From Sedimentisphaerales bacterium (GTDB lineage: Bacteria; Planctomycetota; Phycisphaerae; Sedimentisphaerales; Anaerobacaceae), in assembly GCA_040772485.1 (NCBI GenBank), contig JAXGYC010000010.1, forward strand, positions 64,001 to 128,000: a DNA stretch of 64,000 nucleotides, given 5' to 3'. This document shows, in pieces, positions 27,449-37,540 of this stretch (positions within the stretch are counted from its first letter, which is position 1; each line of letters opens with the position of its first letter). The position numbers and the translations under genes were made by a program. A model generated the notes under the pieces. The model was not told where the DNA came from, ran no database searches, and saw nothing but the letters and a program-made list of their open reading frames with translations.

Positions 27449-28009
27449 ATGCCAATGCCAGGAATGATCGCCGAGAGCAAGTCCAAAATGCAGAAGGCCG
27501 TTGAAGTGCTCCAGGACGAGCTGAAAGCCTTCCGAGGCGGAAGGGCTACGCCGGGGCTGGTCGAGCATCTGAAGGTCGAATACTACGGCACCCCCACCCC
27601 GCTGAAGTCTCTCGCGACCGTGTCGGCCCCGGAAGTGGACCAGCTCGTGATCAAACCGTTCGACCCTGCATCCGTTCGAGATATTGAGAAGGCGATCAAG
27701 AGCAGCGATCTGAGCATCGCGCCGCAGGTGGAAGGCAAGTTCATCCGGCTGAATATCCCCCCTCTCAGCGAGGAACGACGCAAGCAGCTCGTCCAGCAAG
27801 CCAAGCAGACCGGCGAACAGACGAAGGTCAGCATCCGCAACGTACGCCGGGACACCATCAAGCAGCTCGAACAGCAGCAAAAAGACAAAGCGATCACGGA
27901 AGACGATCTCCAATCGGGCAAAAAGCAGTGCGACGACATGACGAAGGAATTCACCGACAAGGTGGACAGCCTGGTCGCTCACAAGTCCAAGGAGATCATG
28001 GAAAGCTGA
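27449..28009 (+). CDS. frr: Ribosome recycling factor
   Basis: 'RGGRATP', 'VEYYGTPTPL', 'IPPLSEERRKQL', 'IRNVRRD'. Confidence 0.97.
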   Translation: MPMPGMIAESKSKMQKAVEVLQDELKAFRGGRATPGLVEHLKVEYYGTPTPLKSLATVSAPEVDQLVIKPFDPASVRDIEKAIKSSDLSIAPQVEGKFIRLNIPPLSEERRKQLVQQAKQTGEQTKVSIRNVRRDTIKQLEQQQKDKAITEDDLQSGKKQCDDMTKEFTDKVDSLVAHKSKEIMES

Positions 28010-28279
28010 TCGTCCCTTCTGCATCGCGGCTGATGTTTACCCTCACGTACCCCTGCGGTTCTGGGTGCGCGCACGTTGCGGCATATCGTCCCGAGACGGA
28101 CGCAGGACCATCCTCGCGGCGCCCACCGACAAGCTGAACCGCCCTGCCACCACAGCGTAATGCCAGGATAGATCGGCTTCTGCGGACAGACTTCAGGTTT
28201 TGCGCTGGAAACAGTTCCAGATACGGTGGATCATGGGTGGCGATCTTCTTCGAGAGTGTTGGCCGTAAGGAGAGATGAC

Positions 28280-31200
28280 ATGGCGACTCAGGGCGGTAAG
28301 CAGGAAGTGGCGAGAAGGAAGCGATCCAGGAGATGGCCGTGGGTGCTGCTCGGCATACTACTGATCCTTGTGCTGCTGGTGGCTCTGGTCCCGGTATATC
28401 TGTCTTCGGACGGATTCCGGCGCATGATCCAGGCGAAGATCAGCGAGTCGACAGGAGGCACCGCCGACATCGGAGACCTGTCGGTCGGCTGGCGGAAAGG
28501 TGTGCGGATCTCCGACTTCAGCTTCCGCGAGCAGAACGGCTGGGCCGCCGTGAGTATCGACGGAATCGACGTTCAGCCTCATCTGGCCTCGCTGCTGGGG
28601 GGAACGATTTCGCTGGGCCGGGCCGTCATCGACAGGCCGGCGGTCGAGATCGACCTGCGAAAAAGGCCGGCCCCGCCCCCTGTGCCAGCCGGCAGTTCCG
28701 AAACATCGGTCCCGCCTGCCGCCGGCCTGGCGATGCTCGGGGACATCACGATCAACGACGCCAGCGTGCGCGTCACAGATACGGCCGGAAAGGCCGTTCG
28801 GATCGCACAACTGAATTCGACACTGAACCTCCGGCTGCCGGGACAGCCTTCGCGCTTCGAGGCGAAGATGGCCGTCGGCGAGGCAGCGGACGCCGCCACC
28901 GTTCGCGCCCAGGGCACGGTGACGCCGGACAAGGCCGCCGGCGGCTGGACCTTCAAGGGCACCACGGGCGACGTAGTGATCGAGGTCAACGACCTGGACC
29001 TCGAATCGCTGGCGCCGATCTTCGAGCTGGCGGGAGTCGAATTGCAGGCCCAGGGGCGGCTCTCTGCGGACATCACGACGGCCGTTCAGGATGGTGAATT
29101 GGAGACACTCCGCGCTGCCGTCGCAGGCCAAAACGTGGATATCACCGGCGCCCTTTTGAAAGGCGACCGCGTACAGACCTCGAAACTGGCGGTCGACGCC
29201 AGGCTCATGCGGGACGGTCAAACCGTCAAGGTCGAGCAGTTGGATGCCCACACGGATTGGGCTAACGTCACCGCGGCCGGAGCGGTCCCCCTGACGGCCA
29301 AGTCGCTGACCGATCTGCTCAAGAGCGATGCCAGCTACAACCTCAAGGGCAACGTCGACTGCAACCTGCCCGCCCTGCTGTCGCAGATGCCCGCGACCTT
29401 CGGGCTGAAGGAAGGCATGCAGATCACAGGCGGCCAGGCCCGCGGAGACATCAACACCACCACCGAGGGCGGCCGGGCCATCGTCCTGGCCCAGACGCAG
29501 ATCACGGGACTGGCCGGGACAGTGGACGGCAAACCCCTGGCCCTCAGCGAGCCCGTCGTCGCCAACCTCAGACTGTCCGCCGACGACAAGACCGCGCGCC
29601 TCGACGCGATGGATCTGTCCGCCGCATTCGCTCAGGTCACCGCCAAGGGCGACTTCAACGACATCACGTACGATGGGCGGGTCGACCTCGCGAAGTTCCA
29701 ATCCGAACTGGGCCAATTTGCCGACCTGGGCCCCTACCGCATGACGGGCCAGGTGACGAGCAAGGGACAGGTCGCGATTCAGGATGAACGCATCGGAGCG
29801 ACGGGAACCGCCTCCCTGCGTCAGCTCGTGCTGACGGGCGCCGACGGCAACAGCGTCTCGGAGCCGGCGGCTGATGTCGCCTTCGCATTCGATCTGGATC
29901 AGGCCAAACAGGCGCTGGCGGTGACTCGCCTCGACGCGCAGGGCAGCTTCGGCGCCATCGCGGTCAAAGAAGCGTCGATCCCGCTGGACAAGACGTCGTC
30001 CGTTCCGATGAACGCGGCCGTCTCGGCTCGCAACGTCGATCTCCAGAAGATCACGCCGTACGCTGTCCTCTTTGCATCGCTTCCCCAGAACCTCAGCCTG
30101 CAGGGTCTCGCGGAATCCACCCTGACCGTTACCGGCCAGGAAGGCGCGTATCGTATCCGCACAGACGACACCCGCATCCAGAATTTCGTGCTCTCCACCC
30201 CCGGCAAGAAACCATTCAGCGAGAAGCAGGTCACGACAGCTTTCGACGTGGTGGTAAATCCGGACACCATGACTCGCGACATTGAGACGTTCGTGCTGGA
30301 CAGCGGGCAGATCAAGATCCGATTCGGCCAGATCAAGCAGGCCCGCATAGGCGACCGCATCCAGGTCCAGGGCACGGTGCAAGGGGAATGCGACTGGGCC
30401 GCCGTCGGCCAACTTGCATCGCCCTTCCTGCCCGAGGGGTTGGAGATGTCGGGCCGGCGGGAAATCTCGCTGAATTTCGCGAGCAACTACCCCGCCGACG
30501 ATCCCAACGGACTGATGGCGAATCTGGATGGCTCGGCCAAGGTGGGCTTCGACACGGCGAGCTACAAGGGGCTGAACATCGGCTCCACCGACGTCCAGGT
30601 CAACGTCGAGAAGGGTCTGATGAAAATCGAGCCGTTCAGCACCACGGTCAACAACGGACAGCTCAACTTCGCCGGCCAGGCCGACTTCAAAGAGAAGGAC
30701 CCACTGCTGCGCACGGCCGCACCGCTGGTGCTGGCAAAAGGCATCCAACTGAACAAGGAGATGACGGGAACCCTACTCCAGTACGTCAATCCGCTGTTCG
30801 CCAACGTCACGGGGCTCAGCGGGATCGCCAACTTCGAATGCCAGAGACTGGTCATCCCGCTGGCGGCGGGCCTGGAGCGCAAAGCCGAGGTGACGGGCAC
30901 CATTTCGGCCGATAACGTGCTCGTGGAGGCCTCCGGCCTGCTCGACGAGATCCTCAAGGCCACCGGCCAGAGCCTGCGGGGCCAGAGACTGACGATTCGC
31001 CCCACGAATCTGTCGCTCCAGAATGGGATCGTCCGATACGACAATATGCAGATCGACGTGGGCGACAACCCGATCAGCTTTGGCGGCGCCATCGGCCTGG
31101 ATCAAAGCCTCGATATGACCGTCACCCTGCCCTGGACGTTCAAGGGGCGGACGGCAAGGGTCGATAAAGAGGGACAGGCCGGGCAGCGAATCGGCGTCCC

Positions 31201-31288
31201 CCTGACCGGGACGATCAGCAGCCCCAAGCTGGATATGAAGAAGTTCCTGCAAGAGCAGTTGTTCAGAGGACTCGGAGATCTGTTCTGA
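28280..31288 (+). CDS. AsmA-like (repeating beta-groove) envelope protein
   Basis: N-terminal TM anchor, AsmA-type start 'IQAKISESTGGTADIGDLSVGW', long beta-rich body, C-terminal 'GVPLTGTISSPKLD'. Confidence 0.8.
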   Translation: MATQGGKQEVARRKRSRRWPWVLLGILLILVLLVALVPVYLSSDGFRRMIQAKISESTGGTADIGDLSVGWRKGVRISDFSFREQNGWAAVSIDGIDVQPHLASLLGGTISLGRAVIDRPAVEIDLRKRPAPPPVPAGSSETSVPPAAGLAMLGDITINDASVRVTDTAGKAVRIAQLNSTLNLRLPGQPSRFEAKMAVGEAADAATVRAQGTVTPDKAAGGWTFKGTTGDVVIEVNDLDLESLAPIFELAGVELQAQGRLSADITTAVQDGELETLRAAVAGQNVDITGALLKGDRVQTSKLAVDARLMRDGQTVKVEQLDAHTDWANVTAAGAVPLTAKSLTDLLKSDASYNLKGNVDCNLPALLSQMPATFGLKEGMQITGGQARGDINTTTEGGRAIVLAQTQITGLAGTVDGKPLALSEPVVANLRLSADDKTARLDAMDLSAAFAQVTAKGDFNDITYDGRVDLAKFQSELGQFADLGPYRMTGQVTSKGQVAIQDERIGATGTASLRQLVLTGADGNSVSEPAADVAFAFDLDQAKQALAVTRLDAQGSFGAIAVKEASIPLDKTSSVPMNAAVSARNVDLQKITPYAVLFASLPQNLSLQGLAESTLTVTGQEGAYRIRTDDTRIQNFVLSTPGKKPFSEKQVTTAFDVVVNPDTMTRDIETFVLDSGQIKIRFGQIKQARIGDRIQVQGTVQGECDWAAVGQLASPFLPEGLEMSGRREISLNFASNYPADDPNGLMANLDGSAKVGFDTASYKGLNIGSTDVQVNVEKGLMKIEPFSTTVNNGQLNFAGQADFKEKDPLLRTAAPLVLAKGIQLNKEMTGTLLQYVNPLFANVTGLSGIANFECQRLVIPLAAGLERKAEVTGTISADNVLVEASGLLDEILKATGQSLRGQRLTIRPTNLSLQNGIVRYDNMQIDVGDNPISFGGAIGLDQSLDMTVTLPWTFKGRTARVDKEGQAGQRIGVPLTGTISSPKLDMKKFLQEQLFRGLGDLF

Positions 31289-31301
31289 TGGGTGGACTGG
31301 T

Positions 31302-32684
31302 ATGAAATCGCTGAGGAACTTGTCGACGACGCCCACGGCGCAGCTCGGCCGGGCCAGCCGCTTCGTCGCGTTCCAGATCAAGCTGTGGTCGCACTGCATC
31401 CGGCTGCTCAAGCGCAACCGCGCCGGCCAGCAAGCGGCGGCACTGTCCTACTATACGATCTTCGGCATCATCCCGCTGGCCATCGTCGTGCTGCTGATCT
31501 TCCAATCGTTCCCCGCCTATCAGGACATCGGCGAGCGATTGAAGCAGTTCGCCTACGAGCAGCTCCACCTGACGAAGATCGAATACAGCCAGAACGAAGA
31601 ACACCCCGAGGAGAAGGTGCTGCTCACTGATTACCTCGACAGCACCATCAGGCGGTTCTTCGGCGGGCTCAACAGCAAGTCGCTCAGTCTCGTCAGCGCC
31701 GTCCTGGTCATCTGGGCGGCCCTGGCGCTGCTATCCACGATCGAGACCGCCTTCAACCACATCTGGCACGTCTCGCGCGGGCGCAGCTTCCTGCATAAGA
31801 TGATCAACTACTGGGCTCTGCTGACGCTGGGTCCCCTGCTTGTGGGCGTGGGCATCTATGCGACCACGCAATACGCCGCGGTTCGGAGCATCGAGACGAT
31901 GGTGCTGGCCTACCGCATCGTGCAGGTGATCCTGCCCTATCTGTTGAGTCTGCTGGCGTTCTTCCTGCTCTATTTCCTGCTGCCGAGCACCAAGGTCAAC
32001 CCGGGCGCGGCGCTCTGGGGCGCGGCGGTGGCCGCCCTGGTCTGGAGCTTCGCCAAGTACGGCTTCAGCACCTATGTGACGCAGTTCATTCCCTACAGCA
32101 AGATCTACGGCGTTCTGGGCCTGGTTCCCCTGAGCGTATTCTGGATTCACATCACCTGGCTCATCGCCCTGTTCGGGCTGCAACTGACCTACACGACGCA
32201 GCACCTCAAGACGCTCGATGCGGCGGAGATCCAAGCCGTCAGGGATCGAAAACAGGAGTACTTCATCACCAACGACCTGACCGTGATCAACGTCGCGAAG
32301 GAGATCGCTCGGGCATTTATGGAAAATGAAGGTCCTTTGTCGCGGGAGACGCTCTGCACCCGGCTCGGCCTGCCCCCGGAACTGGGCGAGGACATTCTCG
32401 AGCATCTCGTCAAGACCGGACTTCTGGTCAAGACCGCCGAGCCTCAGGCCGGATTCATCCCGGCCAGGGACCCCGGACAGATCAAGCTCTCGGACATCAC
32501 CGAGGCGCTGGCGGCGGTCGCGCTGGCCCAGCCCGATCTGAATGAACCGGCGACGCTGGGCCGGCTGGTGCGGGCCCAGCAGCAGTTCCTCGCCAAGCAC
32601 AACCTGCGAGAAGTCCTTCTGCCGGATCGGCTGCACAACGAAGAAGGCACGCCCAGCACACCCGAACAGGGGTCTGCCTCGTGA
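31302..32684 (+). CDS. YihY/BrkB family membrane protein with C-terminal Rrf2-like winged helix
   Basis: 'AAALSYYTIFGIIP', 'IETAFNHIW', 'YSKIYGVLGLVP'; C-terminal 'FIPARDPGQIKLSDI'. Confidence 0.9.
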   Translation: MKSLRNLSTTPTAQLGRASRFVAFQIKLWSHCIRLLKRNRAGQQAAALSYYTIFGIIPLAIVVLLIFQSFPAYQDIGERLKQFAYEQLHLTKIEYSQNEEHPEEKVLLTDYLDSTIRRFFGGLNSKSLSLVSAVLVIWAALALLSTIETAFNHIWHVSRGRSFLHKMINYWALLTLGPLLVGVGIYATTQYAAVRSIETMVLAYRIVQVILPYLLSLLAFFLLYFLLPSTKVNPGAALWGAAVAALVWSFAKYGFSTYVTQFIPYSKIYGVLGLVPLSVFWIHITWLIALFGLQLTYTTQHLKTLDAAEIQAVRDRKQEYFITNDLTVINVAKEIARAFMENEGPLSRETLCTRLGLPPELGEDILEHLVKTGLLVKTAEPQAGFIPARDPGQIKLSDITEALAAVALAQPDLNEPATLGRLVRAQQQFLAKHNLREVLLPDRLHNEEGTPSTPEQGSAS

Positions 32685-34378
32685 GACCGCCGCACGTCCC
32701 ACATCGAAATGCGTGGTTCTCTCGGCCTTCCCGGAAATCGCCGACCGTTGCCTGCCGCAGCGCCGCAGTCGGAGCCCTGTGGCTGTGCCTGCTGCCGGTG
32801 ATCTTCGGCGCACGCACGGTTCAGGCCCACCCGATTCCCCAGACGCGCGCGATCGATCCCGGAGATTGTCTTGTGATCGTCACGTCCACAACGCCGTTCG
32901 GATCGATCTCGGGAACGGGCTTCGCCGTGGGAGACGGCACGCTGATCGTCACCGCTCATCACATCGTGGCTGAAGCCTCCGAGGAAGGCCGGCACACGAT
33001 GCTGGGGGCCGTGCGGGTCCTCAGTCCCTACCTTGGAGATTGCCGCTATGCAGAGGCCGTCGTCCTCGACATTCCTCTCGACCTGGCGGTGATCAAGGTC
33101 CCGTGGGTCGGGCAGCCGGCGTCAGAGATCCCGAACGACGACGAGCTGATGCGGGCCGAGCAACTCGAGACGATTGGGAACGTCTCACTGATCTCGGCGA
33201 TCCCCAAGGAGTCGAGACAGTTGTTTCCCGAGTCGTCGGCTGTCGACCACCAGATCCTGGACGTCGATTTCGTGGCTGTCCGCCGGCAAGTCCCGCAGTT
33301 CATCTCCCTCTACGGACGAGGTCAGTTGGGGCCGGGCTGGAGCGGAGCGCCCATGCTGATTCCGAGAACCTTGAAGGCGGCCGGGTGCTTCGTGCAACTG
33401 AACAAGAGCCTCAGCGATGGACGCCTGACCAGCCAGGGCCCCGCGCTGGCACAGGTCCGGCGTCTGGCCGAGCAGATCGCCCAGAGTCAATCGTTGGAGC
33501 CGTCGGGGGCAAAGGCCGCCCGGGCCGACGACGGCTTCGAAGTCTCGCTGCTGTTCCTGCAAACCGCCAAGTTGCTCGCCCGAGACGCATACGGATGGGC
33601 CGGCGACACCGTGACGAGACTGCTGGCTCTTCGACCGGACTCGGCCATGGTCCAGGTGCTCGCCGCCTGGGTCCAGGAGAAACAAGGCAACACGGACGCC
33701 GCGGAGGCGCACTATCAGGCCGCCATGAAACTGGACTCGAACGGTCCCATGTTGCGGTTGATGTATGGCCAATCGTTCCTCGATCGCGATCCCAACAAAG
33801 CCCTCGAGATTCTTCGGGGCCTCTGGCAACACCGGCAGATGAGACCCTGGCTCGTGCTGATCATGTGGGACGTCCTGCGTGCGAGAGACACCGACGAGAA
33901 TTGCGCACAGATGCTCGAAGAGGCCCTGGAGGTCGAGCCGGACAACGCGTACCTGTGGTTCAACCTCGGCGCGGTCCAATGGGAGTCCGGCCGACGTGAT
34001 GACGGATTCGCATCTATGGCAAAGGCGGTCGAGCTGTTCCCGGAACGTGGGCCGCTGCGAGGTCACCTGGCCCGACTGCTCGAAGAGGAAGGCCGCCTGG
34101 ACGAAGCGGAAGACCATCTCCGACGGCTGTTGCCGATCGAGCCGAGAAATCCGGTGGTGTACTTCTGGCTCGCCCGCTTCCTGTCCAAGCATCGTTCCGA
34201 CGCAGCCGATGAAGCCTTGAGAACCGCACGCAAGGCTCTGACCCTGCCATGTGACGACCCGGCGCTGGAGGACCAGATCAGACAACTGGTTCGAGCGATC
34301 CGATCCGAGCGAGCGTCGAAAGCCCCGCCCGCTTCGGCAAGTCAACGCGACGCAAGCAGCAGCGCGAGCGCGCGATAG
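32681..34378 (+). CDS. Trypsin-like serine protease with C-terminal TPR repeats
   Basis: 'GTGFAV', 'VTAHH', 'DLAVIK', 'PGWSGAP' triad motifs; TPRs such as 'ALEVEPDNAYLWFNLG'. Start uncertain. Confidence 0.8.
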   Translation: MRPPHVPHRNAWFSRPSRKSPTVACRSAAVGALWLCLLPVIFGARTVQAHPIPQTRAIDPGDCLVIVTSTTPFGSISGTGFAVGDGTLIVTAHHIVAEASEEGRHTMLGAVRVLSPYLGDCRYAEAVVLDIPLDLAVIKVPWVGQPASEIPNDDELMRAEQLETIGNVSLISAIPKESRQLFPESSAVDHQILDVDFVAVRRQVPQFISLYGRGQLGPGWSGAPMLIPRTLKAAGCFVQLNKSLSDGRLTSQGPALAQVRRLAEQIAQSQSLEPSGAKAARADDGFEVSLLFLQTAKLLARDAYGWAGDTVTRLLALRPDSAMVQVLAAWVQEKQGNTDAAEAHYQAAMKLDSNGPMLRLMYGQSFLDRDPNKALEILRGLWQHRQMRPWLVLIMWDVLRARDTDENCAQMLEEALEVEPDNAYLWFNLGAVQWESGRRDDGFASMAKAVELFPERGPLRGHLARLLEEEGRLDEAEDHLRRLLPIEPRNPVVYFWLARFLSKHRSDAADEALRTARKALTLPCDDPALEDQIRQLVRAIRSERASKAPPASASQRDASSSASAR

Positions 34379-34971
34379 AGGAAGTGCGCCCCGAACAACG
34401 CCAGGGCAACGCCACAAACATACAGGACGATCCGCTGGGCGCGCGGGCCGAGAACGTTGGTCCCATGGAAGCTGCCGAGGGAGAGGATCGTCAGCCAGAC
34501 CAGGTCGCACAGCCAGTGCACCAGGGCAAACAGCACGAAGGCGAGCCAGCCGAGAGTCCGCGCCTCCAGGGCGAGATTCAACCCGACGGTCGCCCACCAC
34601 AACAGGAAATACGGATTGCCGGCCGACAGAATCAGCCCGGTCATCATCGGCCCGGCGTTCGTCAACTGGCCCGATGGCGAATCCGCACCGCCCTTGTCAC
34701 GCAGCATGCCGACGCCCATCCAGACCAGAAAGGCCCCGCCGAAAAGCCCCACCGCAATCCGGAACCAATCGGCCTGAAACAACACGCCCAGACCGAACAT
34801 GATCAGGAAGATCAGGGGAATCTCGATGATGCCGTGCCCGATGGCCATCCACACGCCCGCCCATCGGCGCTGCGCCCCCTGCGCAATGACGGCGGTCGTC
34901 ACCGCCCCCGGCGCCATGACGCCGGAGAGGGAAATGCCCACCGCCTTGAGAAGAAAACCGGTCAGACCCAC
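34342..34971 (-). CDS. LysE family translocator
   Basis: 'SLSGVMAPGAVT', 'GHGIIE', 'NPYFLLWWATVG'. Confidence 0.9.
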   Translation of the reverse strand: MGLTGFLLKAVGISLSGVMAPGAVTTAVIAQGAQRRWAGVWMAIGHGIIEIPLIFLIMFGLGVLFQADWFRIAVGLFGGAFLVWMGVGMLRDKGGADSPSGQLTNAGPMMTGLILSAGNPYFLLWWATVGLNLALEARTLGWLAFVLFALVHWLCDLVWLTILSLGSFHGTNVLGPRAQRIVLYVCGVALALFGAHFLYRALALLLASR

Positions 34972-34986
34972 GAAGCCCCCGAGTAC

Positions 34987-35403
34987 CTATTCGCCGATGA
35001 TCTTGACGAGGATGCGTTTGCGGCGTTTGCCGTCGAATTCGCCGTAGAAGATCTGCTCCCACGGACCGAAGTCCAGCTTGCCCTCGGTGACCGCGACGAC
35101 GACCTCGCGGCCCATGACGCTCCGCTTGAGGTGAGCGTCGGCGTTGTCCTCGTAGCCGTTGTGCTTGTACTGCGCGTAGGGCTTCTCCGGCGCCAGCTTC
35201 TCCAGCCAAGTTTCGAAATCCTGGTGCAGGCCCGACTCGTCGTCGTTGATGAAGACGCTGGCGGTGATGTGCATGGCGTTGCACAGCAGCAGGCCCTCCT
35301 GGATCCCGCTCTCGGCCAGGCACTGCTCGACCTGGGGGGTGATGTTGATGAACTCTCTCCGCCGCGTGGTGTCAAACCACAATTCCTTCCTGTAGCTGTT
35401 CAT
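34987..35403 (-). CDS. yjbQ: YjbQ/UPF0047 family protein
   Basis: 'FINIT', '[12 protein letters not shown]', 'NADAHLK', '[13 protein letters not shown]'. Confidence 0.93.
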   Translation of the reverse strand: MNSYRKELWFDTTRRREFINITPQVEQCLAESGIQEGLLLCNAMHITASVFINDDESGLHQDFETWLEKLAPEKPYAQYKHNGYEDNADAHLKRSVMGREVVVAVTEGKLDFGPWEQIFYGEFDGKRRKRILVKIIGE

Positions 35404-35575
35404 GACCGGCCTTTCGTCGTGGCACAAATGGAACGAACGGGCTCGATGTTCTGCCGTACATACCAGGTGGAGATTGTAGCATCTTCGCACACAGAATGGA
35501 ACCGCATCCTGCCCGTGTCGTCCGCCGGGCACGGCGGCCCGTCGAGACACACCGACAGGGACAAGGGAATAGACC

Positions 35576-36220
35576 ATGAAGAAGAACCCTCTGTTCTGGG
35601 ACGTCGACACGCAGTTCGACTTCATGCGGCCGGAAGGACGCCTGTACGTGCCGGGAGCGGAGACCATCATCCACACCGTCAGCGAGGTGAGGCGATTCGC
35701 TCTGGACCGGGGGTTTTCGATCCTGGCCGATGTCGACTGGCATGGCCGCGACAATCCGGAGATCTCGGACACGCCCGATTTCAGAGAGACGTTTCCGCCC
35801 CACTGCATGGCGGGCGAACCCGGCAGCGAGCGGGTCGGATACCTGGGCACGGGGCCGATCGAATACGCGCCAGTTGAGGAGATGGACGCATTGCACCTGC
35901 GCCGGCTCGCTCAAAAGGAGCCATTTCATATCGTGATTCGCAAGGAGAGCCTCAGCGTCTTCGACAATCCGAATACGGACAAGCTCCTCGACCTGATCCG
36001 GCCCGAACGGGTCGTCGTGTTCGGCGTGGCCCTGGACTTCTGCGTCTCGTACGTCGTGAACGGCCTGGCAAAGCGACCGGGCATCGAAGTGATTCTGCTG
36101 AAAGACGCGGCGAAGGGATTGCAGTCCAGGCCCGACGGCGAAATCTATGAACAATTCCGACGGATGGGTGTCGCCGTAACGACGTTCGACGAGTTCCGGA
36201 GGCAATTGGCATGTGGCTGA
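35576..36220 (+). CDS. pncA: Nicotinamidase (isochorismatase family)
   Basis: 'DVDTQFDF', 'DWH', 'FPPHC', 'GVALDFCV'; overlaps pncB. Confidence 0.85.
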   Translation: MKKNPLFWDVDTQFDFMRPEGRLYVPGAETIIHTVSEVRRFALDRGFSILADVDWHGRDNPEISDTPDFRETFPPHCMAGEPGSERVGYLGTGPIEYAPVEEMDALHLRRLAQKEPFHIVIRKESLSVFDNPNTDKLLDLIRPERVVVFGVALDFCVSYVVNGLAKRPGIEVILLKDAAKGLQSRPDGEIYEQFRRMGVAVTTFDEFRRQLACG

Positions 36221-37497
36221 TCGACGGAACACCCGCCCTGCTGACGGACCTGTACGAACTGACGATGGCCCAGGTCTACTTCCAGAAGCGGATGGCCGGA
36301 CCGGCGTACTTCGAAGTCACTGTGCGGCATCTTCCGCAGGACTGGGGCTTCTTCGTGATGGCGGGTCTGCCGGAAGTAGAGGCGTACCTGGCGCAGTTTC
36401 GATTCTCAGAAAGTGACCTCGACTACCTGCGTTCAGCCCGGCTGTTCGAGCCGGATTTCCTGGACTATCTCGCCGGTTTTCGCCCGGACGTAACGATCCG
36501 GGCCCTGCCCGAGGGAACCGTGTTCTTCCCGAACGAGCCGATCCTCGAAGTGGGCGGCCCGATCCTGCACGCCCAACTGCTCGAAAGCTATATCCTGAAC
36601 ATCCTGGGTTTCTCGATCATCGAGGCGAGCCTGGCGGCGAGAATGACGCTCGCGGCCGACGGCGTCCCCTTGCTGGATTTCGGCATGCGCCGTGCCCAGG
36701 GGCCGATTGCCTCGATCCGCGCTGCTCGCGGCGCGCAGATGGCGGGCTGGAAGGCCACCAGCAACGTCTTTGCCGCTCGCGCTCTGGCGATGCCGCCCTC
36801 GGGCACCATGGCCCACTCGTTCATCCAGGCCCACCCGTCGCAGGAGCAGGCCTTTCGCGACTTCGGCGCGATCTACTGCGACAAGACCATTCTGCTCGTC
36901 GATACGTATGACACGATCGAGGGGGTGAAGATCGCCGCCGGCGTGGCCCGCGAGTTCCTCGAACGCGGCGTCAAGCTGCGCGGCATCCGCCTGGACAGCG
37001 GCAACCTCGTCGCGGACAGCCGGTTCGCGCGGGACCATTTCCGCCGGCAGGGAGTGGACTTCCTCCGGATCTTCGCCAGCGGCGACCTCGACGAGTTCAA
37101 GATCCAGGATGTGCTGGCCGCCGGCGGGCAGTTCGACGGCTTCGGCGTCGGCACCCGTTTCGCCGTCTCCCAACGGGCCCCCTCCATCGGCATCGTCTAC
37201 AAACTGGTCCAGTACGCAGATCGTCCCCTGAACAAGACCTCGCCCGACAAGGCGACGCTGCCCGGCCGCAAAACAGTCCTCCGCACCAGCAGCCCGCGTT
37301 TCGAGAAGGACATCGTCCGTCCTCTCGAACCGGACGCCGAAGACCTGCTTGGTCCGTTCGAGTCCGCCGAGCCGATGGTGACCGTCCAGGAGAGACTGCA
37401 AAGTCAGATTGCCGCCCTGCCGGACCCGGTCAAAGCGATTCGCAAGCCCGCGACCTACCCGGTCGAGCTCGTTGCTTTGCCGGGTAGGGGCGAATGA
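36211..37497 (+). CDS. pncB: Nicotinate phosphoribosyltransferase
   Basis: 'LLTDLYELTM', 'DFGMRRAQG', 'GTMAHS', 'LVDTYDT', 'IRLDSG', 'VYKLV'. Confidence 0.95.
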   Translation: MWLIDGTPALLTDLYELTMAQVYFQKRMAGPAYFEVTVRHLPQDWGFFVMAGLPEVEAYLAQFRFSESDLDYLRSARLFEPDFLDYLAGFRPDVTIRALPEGTVFFPNEPILEVGGPILHAQLLESYILNILGFSIIEASLAARMTLAADGVPLLDFGMRRAQGPIASIRAARGAQMAGWKATSNVFAARALAMPPSGTMAHSFIQAHPSQEQAFRDFGAIYCDKTILLVDTYDTIEGVKIAAGVAREFLERGVKLRGIRLDSGNLVADSRFARDHFRRQGVDFLRIFASGDLDEFKIQDVLAAGGQFDGFGVGTRFAVSQRAPSIGIVYKLVQYADRPLNKTSPDKATLPGRKTVLRTSSPRFEKDIVRPLEPDAEDLLGPFESAEPMVTVQERLQSQIAALPDPVKAIRKPATYPVELVALPGRGE

Positions 37498-37511
37498 TTG
37501 TTCGCCCCTAC
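37484..37511. repeat. GTAG-type REP-like palindrome containing the pncB stop
   Basis: GTAGGGGCGAA-TGATTG-TTCGCCCCTAC, 11-bp perfect stem. Confidence 0.8.
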
Positions 37512-37540
37512 GGCCCCGGGACGCGCAGGACCGGGAGAGT

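Noticed and set aside
34987..37497. yjbQ with pncA-pncB as a novel pathway
   Set aside because: pncA-pncB is ordinary NAD salvage; yjbQ is divergently transcribed with no evidence of functional linkage.
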